Shown: in pieces, positions 40,355 to 49,598 of the stretch
How positions within the stretch are numbered: the stretch's first letter is position 1
Layout of the letters: each line of letters opens with the position of its first letter
Assembly (NCBI GenBank): GCA_965229675.1
Contig: OZ245897.1
Location: forward strand, 1,366,488-1,430,487
Length of the DNA: 64,000 bases
Source: Alphaproteobacteria bacterium
GTDB lineage: Bacteria; Pseudomonadota; Alphaproteobacteria; CBDDJK01
Direction of reading: 5' to 3'
Notes under the pieces: model-generated
Database searches by the model: none
Told to the model about the DNA's origin: nothing
What the model saw: only the letters and a program-made list of their open reading frames with translations
Position numbers and translations under genes: made by a program

Positions 40355-40957
40355 ATGAAAGCATTTGACGAAAAAACCAAGGCACGCTTTTTAAAAATTA
40401 TTGTGCTAATGAACAAAGGAACACTGGCAGGGGAACGCCAAGCCGCAAAACAGGCTGCCACCCGCCTTGCAAATGCGTTTGATATGACGCTTGAACAGGC
40501 AATTGCACATTGCCGAAATCCAAATAGCTTCAGCCAAGAACAACAAAAATCCCGCCGCGATGCGTATCATTATTGGGCTTATACCCATAGCTTTGCAACT
40601 GAACGAAGACAGCGACAAAATAAGCAGGCATGGGAACACGCCAAACAAGCGGCTAATGCTAGGGAGAATTATGCAAGGGCGGCAAATAACGAGGCGTATA
40701 AAAAAGAAGCCCCTTCCAATGCTAATGCTACAGTGCGTTCAGGCTATATTCCACGCTATCGACCAAGCAATTATCGCCAAACACCAGAAGATCGGTTGCG
40801 GCTAATCTCGGGGTTATTATTTGATGGCGCAAGTTTCAAAACTACTGCGGAATTATCGGATGCTGCGCCAGAAGAAGTGAATCAGGTGTGGCTAATGATG
40901 CGGCGGGGGGAAATCAAAAAGCCTTCTATGCGGCGGATGAGTCGTCAATTTGCTTAA
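40355..40957 (+). CDS. Hypothetical basic protein (N-terminus DUF2786-like)
   Basis: ORF packed tightly between the amidase gene and hemC. The N-terminal pattern RFLKIIVLMNKGTLAGERQAAKQAATRL resembles DUF2786, but this is a weak recollection. Confidence 0.4.
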   Translation: MKAFDEKTKARFLKIIVLMNKGTLAGERQAAKQAATRLANAFDMTLEQAIAHCRNPNSFSQEQQKSRRDAYHYWAYTHSFATERRQRQNKQAWEHAKQAANARENYARAANNEAYKKEAPSNANATVRSGYIPRYRPSNYRQTPEDRLRLISGLLFDGASFKTTAELSDAAPEEVNQVWLMMRRGEIKKPSMRRMSRQFA

Positions 40958-40967
40958 TATATCTTCG

Positions 40968-41909
40968 ATGGTACAACCAATAAAGCTAGGAACCCGTGCG
41001 TCAAAATTGGCGGTTACACAGGCAAATTTGGTTAAAGCCGCCCTTATTGATCATACGCCTAATTTGGAAATTGAACTGATTCAATCAATCTCCACTGGCG
41101 ATAAGATTTTGGATCGTTCCCTTGCTGAAAGCGGTGGAAAAGGTTTATTTTGTAAAGAGCTGGATGAGGCGTTACTAGCAGATCATATTGATTTTGCCGT
41201 ACATTCGCTAAAAGATGTTGAAACGCAACTTCCAGAAGGATTAACCCTTTACGCAGTTTTGCCACGTGAAGACCCGCGTGATGCGCTTGTGTTTCCTACA
41301 ACCTATTCTCCGCCCTTTTTAAATAGGTTTGATCATCCGTTAAATAATTTGGCAAAAAGCGCAATCATTGGCACGGCTTCAGTAAGACGGCAGGCGCAAT
41401 TAACCGCACTTCGTCCTGATCTATCTTTCAAGCTAATTCGCGGCAATTTACCAACGCGATTAAAAAAATTGGAAGAAGAAGGCTATAACGCAACCTTGCT
41501 TGCGATGGCAGGATTAAAGCGATTGGGGATCGATGGCGAAAATATCATTCCACTTGAACCCGAACAATTTTTGCCTGCGGCTGGACAAGGGGCAATCGCA
41601 ATCATTGGCAAGGAAGATTGTCCACAACCGCTTAAAACCCTTGTCACCGCAATTAACCATACGCCAACATTTACATCCATCACCGCTGAACGTGCGGTTT
41701 TGGAGGTGCTTGATGGGTCTTGCCGCACACCGATTGCCGCACATGCGACAATAAAAAATAAAGAATTAACTGTAAATGCAATGATGGCAGCCCCTGATGG
41801 GCGATTGATCACAGCTACCAAGTCAGGTTCAATGACGGAAGCACATTCAATCATGGAAGCACAGGCGATTGGCAATCAGGCTGGCAAACATATTTTAGCA
41901 CAATTATGA
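40968..41909 (+). CDS. hemC: Hydroxymethylbilane synthase (porphobilinogen deaminase)
   Basis: IKLGTRASKLAVTQA and DGSCRTPIAA (cofactor Cys). Confidence 0.9.
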   Translation: MVQPIKLGTRASKLAVTQANLVKAALIDHTPNLEIELIQSISTGDKILDRSLAESGGKGLFCKELDEALLADHIDFAVHSLKDVETQLPEGLTLYAVLPREDPRDALVFPTTYSPPFLNRFDHPLNNLAKSAIIGTASVRRQAQLTALRPDLSFKLIRGNLPTRLKKLEEEGYNATLLAMAGLKRLGIDGENIIPLEPEQFLPAAGQGAIAIIGKEDCPQPLKTLVTAINHTPTFTSITAERAVLEVLDGSCRTPIAAHATIKNKELTVNAMMAAPDGRLITATKSGSMTEAHSIMEAQAIGNQAGKHILAQL

Positions 41910-42700
41910 TGAAACAAGAGGCACCAACCCTATGGATTACCCGTGCAATAGAGCAAAGTAGTAATTTAACGCATGAAGTTGAAAGTATGGGGATTAGGCC
42001 ATTACAAGTCCCCCTTGCCAAGCGGGTTTTCTATGATTTCAACGCCCCCTTAAAAGCAAGTTTAAGTCAATGTTCAACCGCACCTTACTTAATGTTTACT
42101 TCAGTTAATGGTGTTGAAAGCCTTATTGAAAATAATATTGATCCATCTGCTTTAACTCCTGCTATGCTATGCTGTGTTGGTGAAAAAACCGCACAAGCTG
42201 CCAAATCCTTATTCCCAAATGTGGATTTAATCATGCCGAATACTGGTAAACCAGCTAATCTTTCAACCCTTTGTCAATTAATCCTTGAACATGTACCAAG
42301 CAATGCAACCCTTCTTCATATAGCAGGGGCGGATTTATCCAGTGATCCCCAACAAATTTTTATCGATTCTGGATATGTTTATCACCGCTTAGTTGGCTAT
42401 AAAATGGAACTTTATGCAGAAATAATTGAAGATTCATTATTGCTTGGTGCTTCAAAAATTGATGGGGTTTGCCTATTTTCCTCACGCTTTGCAGAATTTT
42501 TTCAAAACCTAGCCAAAACCGAACCGCTAAGGCGCAGGCTTGCTAAAACCGTTTGTTTCTGTTTAAGTGATGCGATTGCTTCAAAGCTAGATCAAACGCA
42601 ATTTCCCAATCAATTAATTGCAAAGACCCAAAGCGAACAGGCAATGCTAGACCTTATTAATACTCAGCAGAATAAATTAAGGGATATGATGAATGAGTAA
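41906..42700 (+). CDS. hemD: Uroporphyrinogen-III synthase
   Basis: Overlaps the hemC stop (ATGA). Size and position fit hemD, but sequence similarity is weak, as is usual for the family. Confidence 0.65.
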   Translation: MMKQEAPTLWITRAIEQSSNLTHEVESMGIRPLQVPLAKRVFYDFNAPLKASLSQCSTAPYLMFTSVNGVESLIENNIDPSALTPAMLCCVGEKTAQAAKSLFPNVDLIMPNTGKPANLSTLCQLILEHVPSNATLLHIAGADLSSDPQQIFIDSGYVYHRLVGYKMELYAEIIEDSLLLGASKIDGVCLFSSRFAEFFQNLAKTEPLRRRLAKTVCFCLSDAIASKLDQTQFPNQLIAKTQSEQAMLDLINTQQNKLRDMMNE

Positions 42701-43703
42701 TATTGATGCAGATAAATCATCCAAAGACGGTGATGTTGAGGTAGAACAGGCCTTAACGCATGAAAGGAAGAAATTAGGATTTACCCCCTTATTATTCGTT
42801 ATTGCGATTATAGTTGCATTGGTAATGCCGTTTGCGGCTCCGTTCATTCAACCAATGATTCAACCACATATTGATCGCTTGCTTGATAAACAGCCTGAAC
42901 CTGATCCTTATCAAGCACAGTTTGATAAAATGGATAATGAGCTATCCGCAATGATGGATGGCATTAAACAAGCTGAAATGGCACTTGATACGGTCAACGA
43001 TCAGATCATAACCCATCGCCATCCCCCCCCTGAATTATCACCTGAGATTGTAACCCGATTGCAGATGATGGAACAACAAATCGCTTATCTGCAACAACAG
43101 ATTAAAGTGATGGAACAGCAACCTAAATCTTTTTCTGCGCCACCTATTATTGAAAATCAGGTGCCGCAATTTGATCTTGCACTTTTTATTGCGGCTAATC
43201 GTCTAGCTTTTTTGATTCAAATGGGGCAAAATTTTGAAGATTCGCTTGAATTATTTGAAATGTTGGTTGATCAGCAAAACCCTCCATCGCCCATATTAAA
43301 AAGGTCAATTACCAGTCTTAAGACAATTGATACGCATCAAGCACCGCGCGCTGATCAGCTTATTGTGCGCTTTACCAAACAGGCTGAAGCTATTCATGGT
43401 CAGCTAACCGCCACGCCAGACGGCGAATGGTGGCAGAATATTTTATCAACGATTAGCAAACATATCTCTTTAAGGGAAACGAAAGCCACAGATGAATCCT
43501 CATTGCCAAGCGTTTCCATTGCCTTAAATCAGCTTGAACAAGTGAATATTAAAGAAGCCGTTGATCAATTAATCCCTTATCGCGCGCAAAGTCCGCTTTT
43601 ATCCGATTGGCTAGAACAAGCAGAAACCCATCTTCAAGCGCAATCAGCCATTGCGCAACTTTATGATGGCTTGGAACAAATGATGACGGCGGCACAACCA
43701 TGA
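42693..43703 (+). CDS. Mitofilin/alphaMIC60-like membrane protein (COG4223-type)
   Basis: One N-terminal TM helix followed by coiled-coil segments. Its position between hemD and a hemY-like gene is the conserved alphaproteobacterial alphaMIC60 context. The call rests on architecture and synteny only. Confidence 0.5.
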   Translation: MSNIDADKSSKDGDVEVEQALTHERKKLGFTPLLFVIAIIVALVMPFAAPFIQPMIQPHIDRLLDKQPEPDPYQAQFDKMDNELSAMMDGIKQAEMALDTVNDQIITHRHPPPELSPEIVTRLQMMEQQIAYLQQQIKVMEQQPKSFSAPPIIENQVPQFDLALFIAANRLAFLIQMGQNFEDSLELFEMLVDQQNPPSPILKRSITSLKTIDTHQAPRADQLIVRFTKQAEAIHGQLTATPDGEWWQNILSTISKHISLRETKATDESSLPSVSIALNQLEQVNIKEAVDQLIPYRAQSPLLSDWLEQAETHLQAQSAIAQLYDGLEQMMTAAQP

Positions 43704-44899
43704 CGTTTCGCTTATTATGGTTTTTATTAAAATTAGGGCTAATCGGCCTTATCGTTGCATTATTATTGCAGCTTTCAGGAACAATCCGCATTGATGTGAT
43801 CGGTTGGCGATTGGAAATCCCACTTGCAGTCGGTATTGTTACGGTGTGTGTGACCTTGCTTTTTATTATTAAGGTCGAACATTTACGGCTTGCCATCTTG
43901 CGCTTGCCAGAAAAATGGCGGCAGAATCGCGCCCTAAAACAACAGAAAAATGGATTGAATGCTTTAACCCAAGGCTTGCTTGCCGCAGCAGCAGGTGATT
44001 CAATTACAACCCACAAGCAGGCAGAGCTTGCAAAATCGTTGTTAGGGGATCAGCCTGCCATTCAATTATTGCAAGCCCAATCGGCACAAATCAGCGGTGA
44101 TTTTAATGCAGCCCAACAATTTTTTGAACAATTAAGCCAAAGCCCTGAAACGCGGATCAGTGGGCTATTAGGGCTTTATCGTTTGGCAGAAAGCCGCATG
44201 GAAACGGATATAGATGCTAAACAGCAAGCCCTTGATCTTGCCAAAGAGATTGCAAAGCTGGAACCTGACCATCCCGTGGTTGCACCAAACCTAAATCAAT
44301 TGGCGATTGCTTGTGAAGATTGGGAGATGGCGGAAAAAAGCCTGCTCCGCTTACAAAAAACGCAAGGAAAATCCAAAGAACGCTCACGCCAATTAGCTGA
44401 AATTTATTATAAACAAGCATTGGATGCACGCAAAGGTCAAGATATGGATAAAGCCCTTAACCTTGCAAAACAAGCAATCAAGATCAATCCAGCCGATGAA
44501 GCCGCAACCTTACTTGCCGTGCGCCTATTGCAAGATCGCCGTGAAATTAGGCCTGCTATCAGATTGATCCAAGATTTATGGCGGATTACACCAAGCGAAG
44601 CGGCAGGAAAGCTTTATCTTGAATTAAATCCAGATCAATCTAAAACGGCTAAACAGCTTGAACATATTCATCGCCTGATTGAACTTAACCCTGAGCATCG
44701 GGAGAGTAAATTACTGCTTGCTGAAACTGCGATTGATTGCAGCATGTGGGGAAAAGCGCGCTTATTGCTTGAGGCGATGCACCAAGAAAATGAATCGAAT
44801 CCTAACGATAAAAGACTTTACCAAACATTAGCAAAATTAGAGCTTTTGGAACATAATGATCAACAACGCGCCAATCAGTGGCTAATGAGTCTTTCATAA
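43700..44899 (+). CDS. hemY: HemY N-terminal domain / TPR membrane protein
   Basis: Two N-terminal TM helices, RLPEKWRQNR, and TPR-like C-terminal repeats. Confidence 0.7.
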   Translation: MTFRLLWFLLKLGLIGLIVALLLQLSGTIRIDVIGWRLEIPLAVGIVTVCVTLLFIIKVEHLRLAILRLPEKWRQNRALKQQKNGLNALTQGLLAAAAGDSITTHKQAELAKSLLGDQPAIQLLQAQSAQISGDFNAAQQFFEQLSQSPETRISGLLGLYRLAESRMETDIDAKQQALDLAKEIAKLEPDHPVVAPNLNQLAIACEDWEMAEKSLLRLQKTQGKSKERSRQLAEIYYKQALDARKGQDMDKALNLAKQAIKINPADEAATLLAVRLLQDRREIRPAIRLIQDLWRITPSEAAGKLYLELNPDQSKTAKQLEHIHRLIELNPEHRESKLLLAETAIDCSMWGKARLLLEAMHQENESNPNDKRLYQTLAKLELLEHNDQQRANQWLMSLS

Positions 44900-45423
44900 A
44901 TCTTAAAGTAACAGCCGTAACCATGATCGGGGTGAACAGGGCCTTGCAACTCATTGGTTAGATTCCATTTTCTCCAATCAACCTTGGGATAATATGCAAT
45001 TAAATCAGGATTACTAGCTGTTGGTGCCAAGTCAATTTCTGTATAATATAACCGATCACATCGTTCTAATGTCTGTGTAAAAAGATCACCGCCGCCTATG
45101 ATTGCAATCTCTGCACTATTGTTATCAATGGAATATTGATTGGCAATTTCAAGGGCTTCAGTTAAGGTATGAACAATGGTTGCGCCTTCTGCCACAAAGG
45201 ACTGATTACGGGTTAAAATGATATTTAAACGCTCTGGCAAAGGTTTTTTAGGTAGAGAGTCCCATGTTTTTCGTCCCATGATCACAGGTTTGCCAAGCGT
45301 GTGTTGTTTAAACCATTTCAACTCCCCTGGGATGTGCCAAGGTAAGCGGTTATCAATACCAATCACTTGGTTTTTCGCAACTGCTACAACATGGCATAAT
45401 GGACGCATAAGGCGGTTATTCAT
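44875..45423 (-). CDS. folA: Dihydrofolate reductase
   Basis: VAVAKNQVIG...LPWH...MGRKTWDSLP. The start overlaps the thyA stop (TAATG). Confidence 0.9.
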   Translation of the reverse strand: MNNRLMRPLCHVVAVAKNQVIGIDNRLPWHIPGELKWFKQHTLGKPVIMGRKTWDSLPKKPLPERLNIILTRNQSFVAEGATIVHTLTEALEIANQYSIDNNSAEIAIIGGGDLFTQTLERCDRLYYTEIDLAPTASNPDLIAYYPKVDWRKWNLTNELQGPVHPDHGYGCYFKIYERLISH

Positions 45424-46218
45424 TAAACTGCAACTTCCGCACGAATGGCTGGATGTGGATCATAACCACTTAAATTAAAATCTTCATAGCAAAACGCGAA
45501 TAAATCTTTAACCTGCGGGTTTAATGTCATTTGTGGTAACGCACGCGACTCGCGGCTTAATTGAAGATCGGCTTCCTTAAAATGGTTATGATACAGATGC
45601 ACATCACCAAAACTATGGATAAATTCACCCGCTTGCAAACCGCTAACTTGCGCAATCATCATCGTTAGTAACGCATAAGACGCAATATTAAAGGGAACGC
45701 CTAAGAATAAATCTGCACTGCGCTGATAAAGCTGGCAACTTAATTTACCATTGGCAACATGAAACTGAAACAAGCAATGGCAGGGCGGCAATGCCATTTG
45801 TTCAATTTCCCCAACATTCCACGCATTAACAATCAACCGCCTTGAATAAGGATTATGCTTCAAGTCATGGAGCAAACCCACAATTTGATCATGGGTTTGT
45901 CCATTTGCCCCTTGCCAAGACCGCCATTGATGCCCATAGATTGGACCAAGATCGCCCTTTTCATCTGCCCATTCATCCCAGATTGTCACGCCATGCTGAT
46001 TAAGCCAGTTAATATTGGTATCCCCATTCAAAAACCATAATAATTCATAGATAATTGACTTTAAATGCAGCTTTTTCGTGGTGACCAGAGGGAAGCCTGT
46101 ACCAAGATCAAAGCGCAACTGTGCGCCGAATAGTCCGCGTGTACCCGTCCCCGTTCGGTCAGGTCGGTCAACTGCCCTGTTCACGGGTTTGTCGTAATAA
46201 GTTAAGATAAGACTCCAT
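45423..46218 (-). pseudogene. thyA: Thymidylate synthase (ThyA) with an apparent 1-nt insertion after codon 15
   Basis: The main frame from GTG 46184 gives [15 protein letters not shown]... The canonical N-terminus [15 protein letters not shown] is encoded from ATG 46218 in another frame and stops at 46168. Deleting one base near 46171-46177 yields [26 protein letters not shown]. Confidence 0.8.
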
Positions 46219-46325
46219 AACTTAAGATCAATAAATAAGTTTTAAAACCTTGTCATTGATAAATTTACTTGCATCGCAATTAATTTGTGGAAACAAATAC
46301 AATTATGCCTAGAACGGTTGATTTC

Positions 46326-46354
46326 TTGACGAATTATGATTATCTACGCATAGT
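46326..46354 (+). promoter_or_regulatory. Candidate promoter upstream of lon
   Basis: TTGACG-N17-CATAGT, with a preceding C giving CTTG as in alphaproteobacterial RpoH-type -35 elements. The match is weak. Confidence 0.3.
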
Positions 46355-46407
46355 GGTTGGCTTGGATAACAAGATAAAAGTTAAGTAAATTATTGGAGAT
46401 TATGCTT

Positions 46408-48825
46408 ATGAGCGAGGAAAAAACCGTCTATCCTATATTGCCATTACGCAATATTGTGGTGTTTCCTGAAATGATAGCCCCGCTATTTGTTGGACGGACG
46501 CGTTCAATTCAAGCACTTGAGGCCGCTTCATTAAATAGCGAAGGGCAAATTCTGCTTGTTACCCAAAAGGATGAAGATACCGAAGAACCTGAAGCAGATG
46601 AATTATATACGGTTGGTACCCTAGCAACCATCATGCAGGTGGTTAGCATGCCTGAAGGTGCGTTGAAAGCACTGGTTGAGGGCAAAAGCCGTGTGCGCCT
46701 TGATACGATTGAAGAACGTGAAGATGGCTATATGGAAGCCTCCATTACGCATCTTGAGGAACCTGAAGAAGATGATGTTGAAACCAAAGCCTTGATGCGT
46801 GCAGTTACGAAACGCTTTGAAGCCTATCTGGAACATGGCAAAAAAATTCCAGGTGAAGTTTATAATATGGTCGTGCAAAAAGAAACGCCAGGCGAGCTTG
46901 CGGATGTTGTTGTCCAGCATTTGGATTTACGCATCGCCGAACGCCAAGAATTGTTGGAAATTTTATCACCTACCAGAAGGCTAGAACGTGTTTATGGCTA
47001 TATGGAAGGTGAAATTGGCGTTCTTAAAGTTGAAAAGCGCATTCGAAACCGTGTTAAACGCCAGATGGAGCGCAATCAGCGTGAATATTACCTGAATGAG
47101 CAGATTAAAGCGATTAAACGAGAACTTGGCGATGGCGAAGAGGCTGGGGATGAAATCGCTGAATTAGAAGAAAAAATTGCTAAAACCAAGCTAAGCAAGG
47201 AAGCCCGCGAAAAGGCTTCGGCTGAATTGCGTAAATTAAAAGCCATGAGTCCAATGTCAGCTGAGGCAACAGTTGTCCGCAATTATCTTGATTGGTTATT
47301 GAGTATTCCTTGGAAGAAATATAGTCGGGTTAATCATGACCCAACTTCTGCGGAAGCTGTCTTGGACGAAGATCATTACGGGCTTGAAAAGGTAAAAGAA
47401 CGCATCATTGAATATCTGGCAGTCCAAGCACGACAAAAATCACTTAAAGGCCCAATCCTATGTTTGGTGGGTCCTCCTGGGGTTGGTAAAACTTCGCTTG
47501 GAAAGTCCATTGCCCGTGCGACAGGTCGCCAATTCATCCGTATGAGCCTTGGTGGCGTTCGCGATGAATCTGAAATTAGGGGGCATCGCCGCACCTATAT
47601 TGGTTCTATGCCTGGTAAAGTTATTCAAGGGATGAAAAAAGCAAAAACAGCAAATCCTTTATTCTTACTTGATGAGATTGACAAACTTGGCAATGATTGG
47701 CGTGGTGACCCATCCGCCGCTTTGTTGGAGGTATTGGATCCAGAACAGAACGGTACATTTAACGACCATTATTTGGAGGTAGATTATGACCTTTCACAAG
47801 TAATGTTTGTGACCACCGCAAATAGTATGAACTTGCCACAGCCTTTAATTGATCGGTTGGAAGTCATCCGTATTGCTGGTTATACTGAAGGCGAAAAGAT
47901 GGAAATTGCAAAACGGCATCTTATTCCTAAACAGGTGCGTGAGCATGGATTGACGGAGGGTGAGTTTTCGGTTGATGATGAAGCCTTGATTGATATTTTA
48001 CATTATTATACGCGTGAATCAGGGGTGCGTAACTTTGAACGTGAAATTGCCCGCTTGGCACGCAAAGCTGTTAAGAAAATTGTGACGAATGAAGCTGAAA
48101 CCGTTGCAGTCAATCGTGAAAATTTAAAAGATTTTGCAGGCGTTCGTAAGTTCCGTTACGGTCAGATTGATGAGGATGATCAAGTTGGCATTGTGACAGG
48201 ACTTGCTTACACACAATATGGCGGTGACTTGTTGACGATTGAAGCCGTTACCATGCCTGGTGACGGTAAATTTACCAAAACGGGGAAATTGGGTGATGTT
48301 ATGCAAGAATCCATCGATATTGCTGGCATTTTGATTAAAAGCCGCTCCCCCAATTTTGGGATTAACCCAGATAAATTTAAGTCAACCAATGTTCACGTCC
48401 ATGTGCCTGAAGGGGCAACCCCTAAAGATGGCCCTTCGGCAGGTATTGCGATGGTGACTGCGCTTGTGTCAACGCTTACGGGAAATCCTATTCATAAAGA
48501 TGTTGCTATGACTGGGGAAATTACCTTGCGTGGGCGTGTATTACCGATTGGTGGCTTGAAAGAAAAGCTGCTTGCCGCATTGCGTGGCGGGGTTAAGCAT
48601 GTCTTAATTCCTAAGGATAATGAAAAAGACCTTGAAGAAGTCCCAGAGGTGGTTCAAGAAAATCTTAAAATCACACCTGTTAAAACGATTGAAGAAGTTT
48701 TATTCCACGCACTTTCCAATCCATTGCAACCGATTGATTGGGAACCTTCAACGGAAGCTAAACCTGATACTGATGCAAGTGGGGCAGACAAAGATCAAGA
48801 AGAACTTCCTCCCATTCATCATTAA
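46408..48825 (+). CDS. lon: ATP-dependent Lon protease
   Basis: GPPGVGKTS and catalytic KDGPSAG. I prefer the ATG at 46408 (MSEEKTVYPILPLRN), about 9 nt after GGAG. Confidence 0.95.
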   Translation: MSEEKTVYPILPLRNIVVFPEMIAPLFVGRTRSIQALEAASLNSEGQILLVTQKDEDTEEPEADELYTVGTLATIMQVVSMPEGALKALVEGKSRVRLDTIEEREDGYMEASITHLEEPEEDDVETKALMRAVTKRFEAYLEHGKKIPGEVYNMVVQKETPGELADVVVQHLDLRIAERQELLEILSPTRRLERVYGYMEGEIGVLKVEKRIRNRVKRQMERNQREYYLNEQIKAIKRELGDGEEAGDEIAELEEKIAKTKLSKEAREKASAELRKLKAMSPMSAEATVVRNYLDWLLSIPWKKYSRVNHDPTSAEAVLDEDHYGLEKVKERIIEYLAVQARQKSLKGPILCLVGPPGVGKTSLGKSIARATGRQFIRMSLGGVRDESEIRGHRRTYIGSMPGKVIQGMKKAKTANPLFLLDEIDKLGNDWRGDPSAALLEVLDPEQNGTFNDHYLEVDYDLSQVMFVTTANSMNLPQPLIDRLEVIRIAGYTEGEKMEIAKRHLIPKQVREHGLTEGEFSVDDEALIDILHYYTRESGVRNFEREIARLARKAVKKIVTNEAETVAVNRENLKDFAGVRKFRYGQIDEDDQVGIVTGLAYTQYGGDLLTIEAVTMPGDGKFTKTGKLGDVMQESIDIAGILIKSRSPNFGINPDKFKSTNVHVHVPEGATPKDGPSAGIAMVTALVSTLTGNPIHKDVAMTGEITLRGRVLPIGGLKEKLLAALRGGVKHVLIPKDNEKDLEEVPEVVQENLKITPVKTIEEVLFHALSNPLQPIDWEPSTEAKPDTDASGADKDQEELPPIHH

Positions 48826-48849
48826 ATCAAGGAAATAATTTAAGGTGAA

Positions 48850-49188
48850 ATGATGCAATCTGATGTTGTTACTTTAACTGATGCTGCCATTGATCGGGTG
48901 AAATATCTGATGGATAAAAGCCAAGATCAGGTAATTGGCTTGCGGGTTTCTATTTCAAATAAGGGATGTTCTGGCCATGGCTATGTGGTTGAATATGCAA
49001 ATGAAAAACGCCAGTTTGAAGAAGAAGTTGAAATCAATGGCGCGCGCGTGCTGATTGATCCAGCCGCAGTCATGTTTTTAATCGGTAGCGTGATTGATTA
49101 TAAAGAGGAAAAATTACAAAGTGGTTTTACCTTTACCAATCCCAATGAAACTGGGCGTTGTGGTTGTGGCGAAAGCTTTAGCGTTTAA
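48850..49188 (+). CDS. erpA: Iron-sulfur cluster insertion protein (HesB/IscA/ErpA family)
   Basis: The C-terminal sequence is GRCGCGESFSV. Confidence 0.85.
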   Translation: MMQSDVVTLTDAAIDRVKYLMDKSQDQVIGLRVSISNKGCSGHGYVVEYANEKRQFEEEVEINGARVLIDPAAVMFLIGSVIDYKEEKLQSGFTFTNPNETGRCGCGESFSV

Positions 49189-49598
49189 GTTATTTTGGTT
49201 AATATTTCCTTTTAAATCTTAAAAATTGATTTTTTGACTTGTTCAAAGCGCAATTTATGACTATTGATTAAAGTGTATGGAGGAAAAAGCTTCCAAAAAC
49301 GAAACACTTAACTAACCAATATAAAGTATTAAATAATAACACTATTAAAATTAGGTTAGAAAAGAAAACGGCGTCACTTTTGAATAGAATAGTCAACAAC
49401 ATATCTAGCAAAAGATTTGACGTTAAGAATAGAACAAATGCCAACAGGCTTTCGATTTGCTTAATGAGCAGGATTTGATGGAATATATAATAACAATAAC
49501 AATGATTTGTGCGATGTTCAGCATAAGTCTCTTGTGGAGTCTTCCAGAATTAATCCTTCGAGATAACCTGTGTCGGTTATTCAATTTAGGAAAATTTA

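Noticed and set aside
44875-44899. Convergent gene-end overlaps: hemY/folA by 25 bp, and also cobK/trmB by 23 bp at 28381-28403.
   Set aside because: These are common in compact genomes and give no evidence of a special function.
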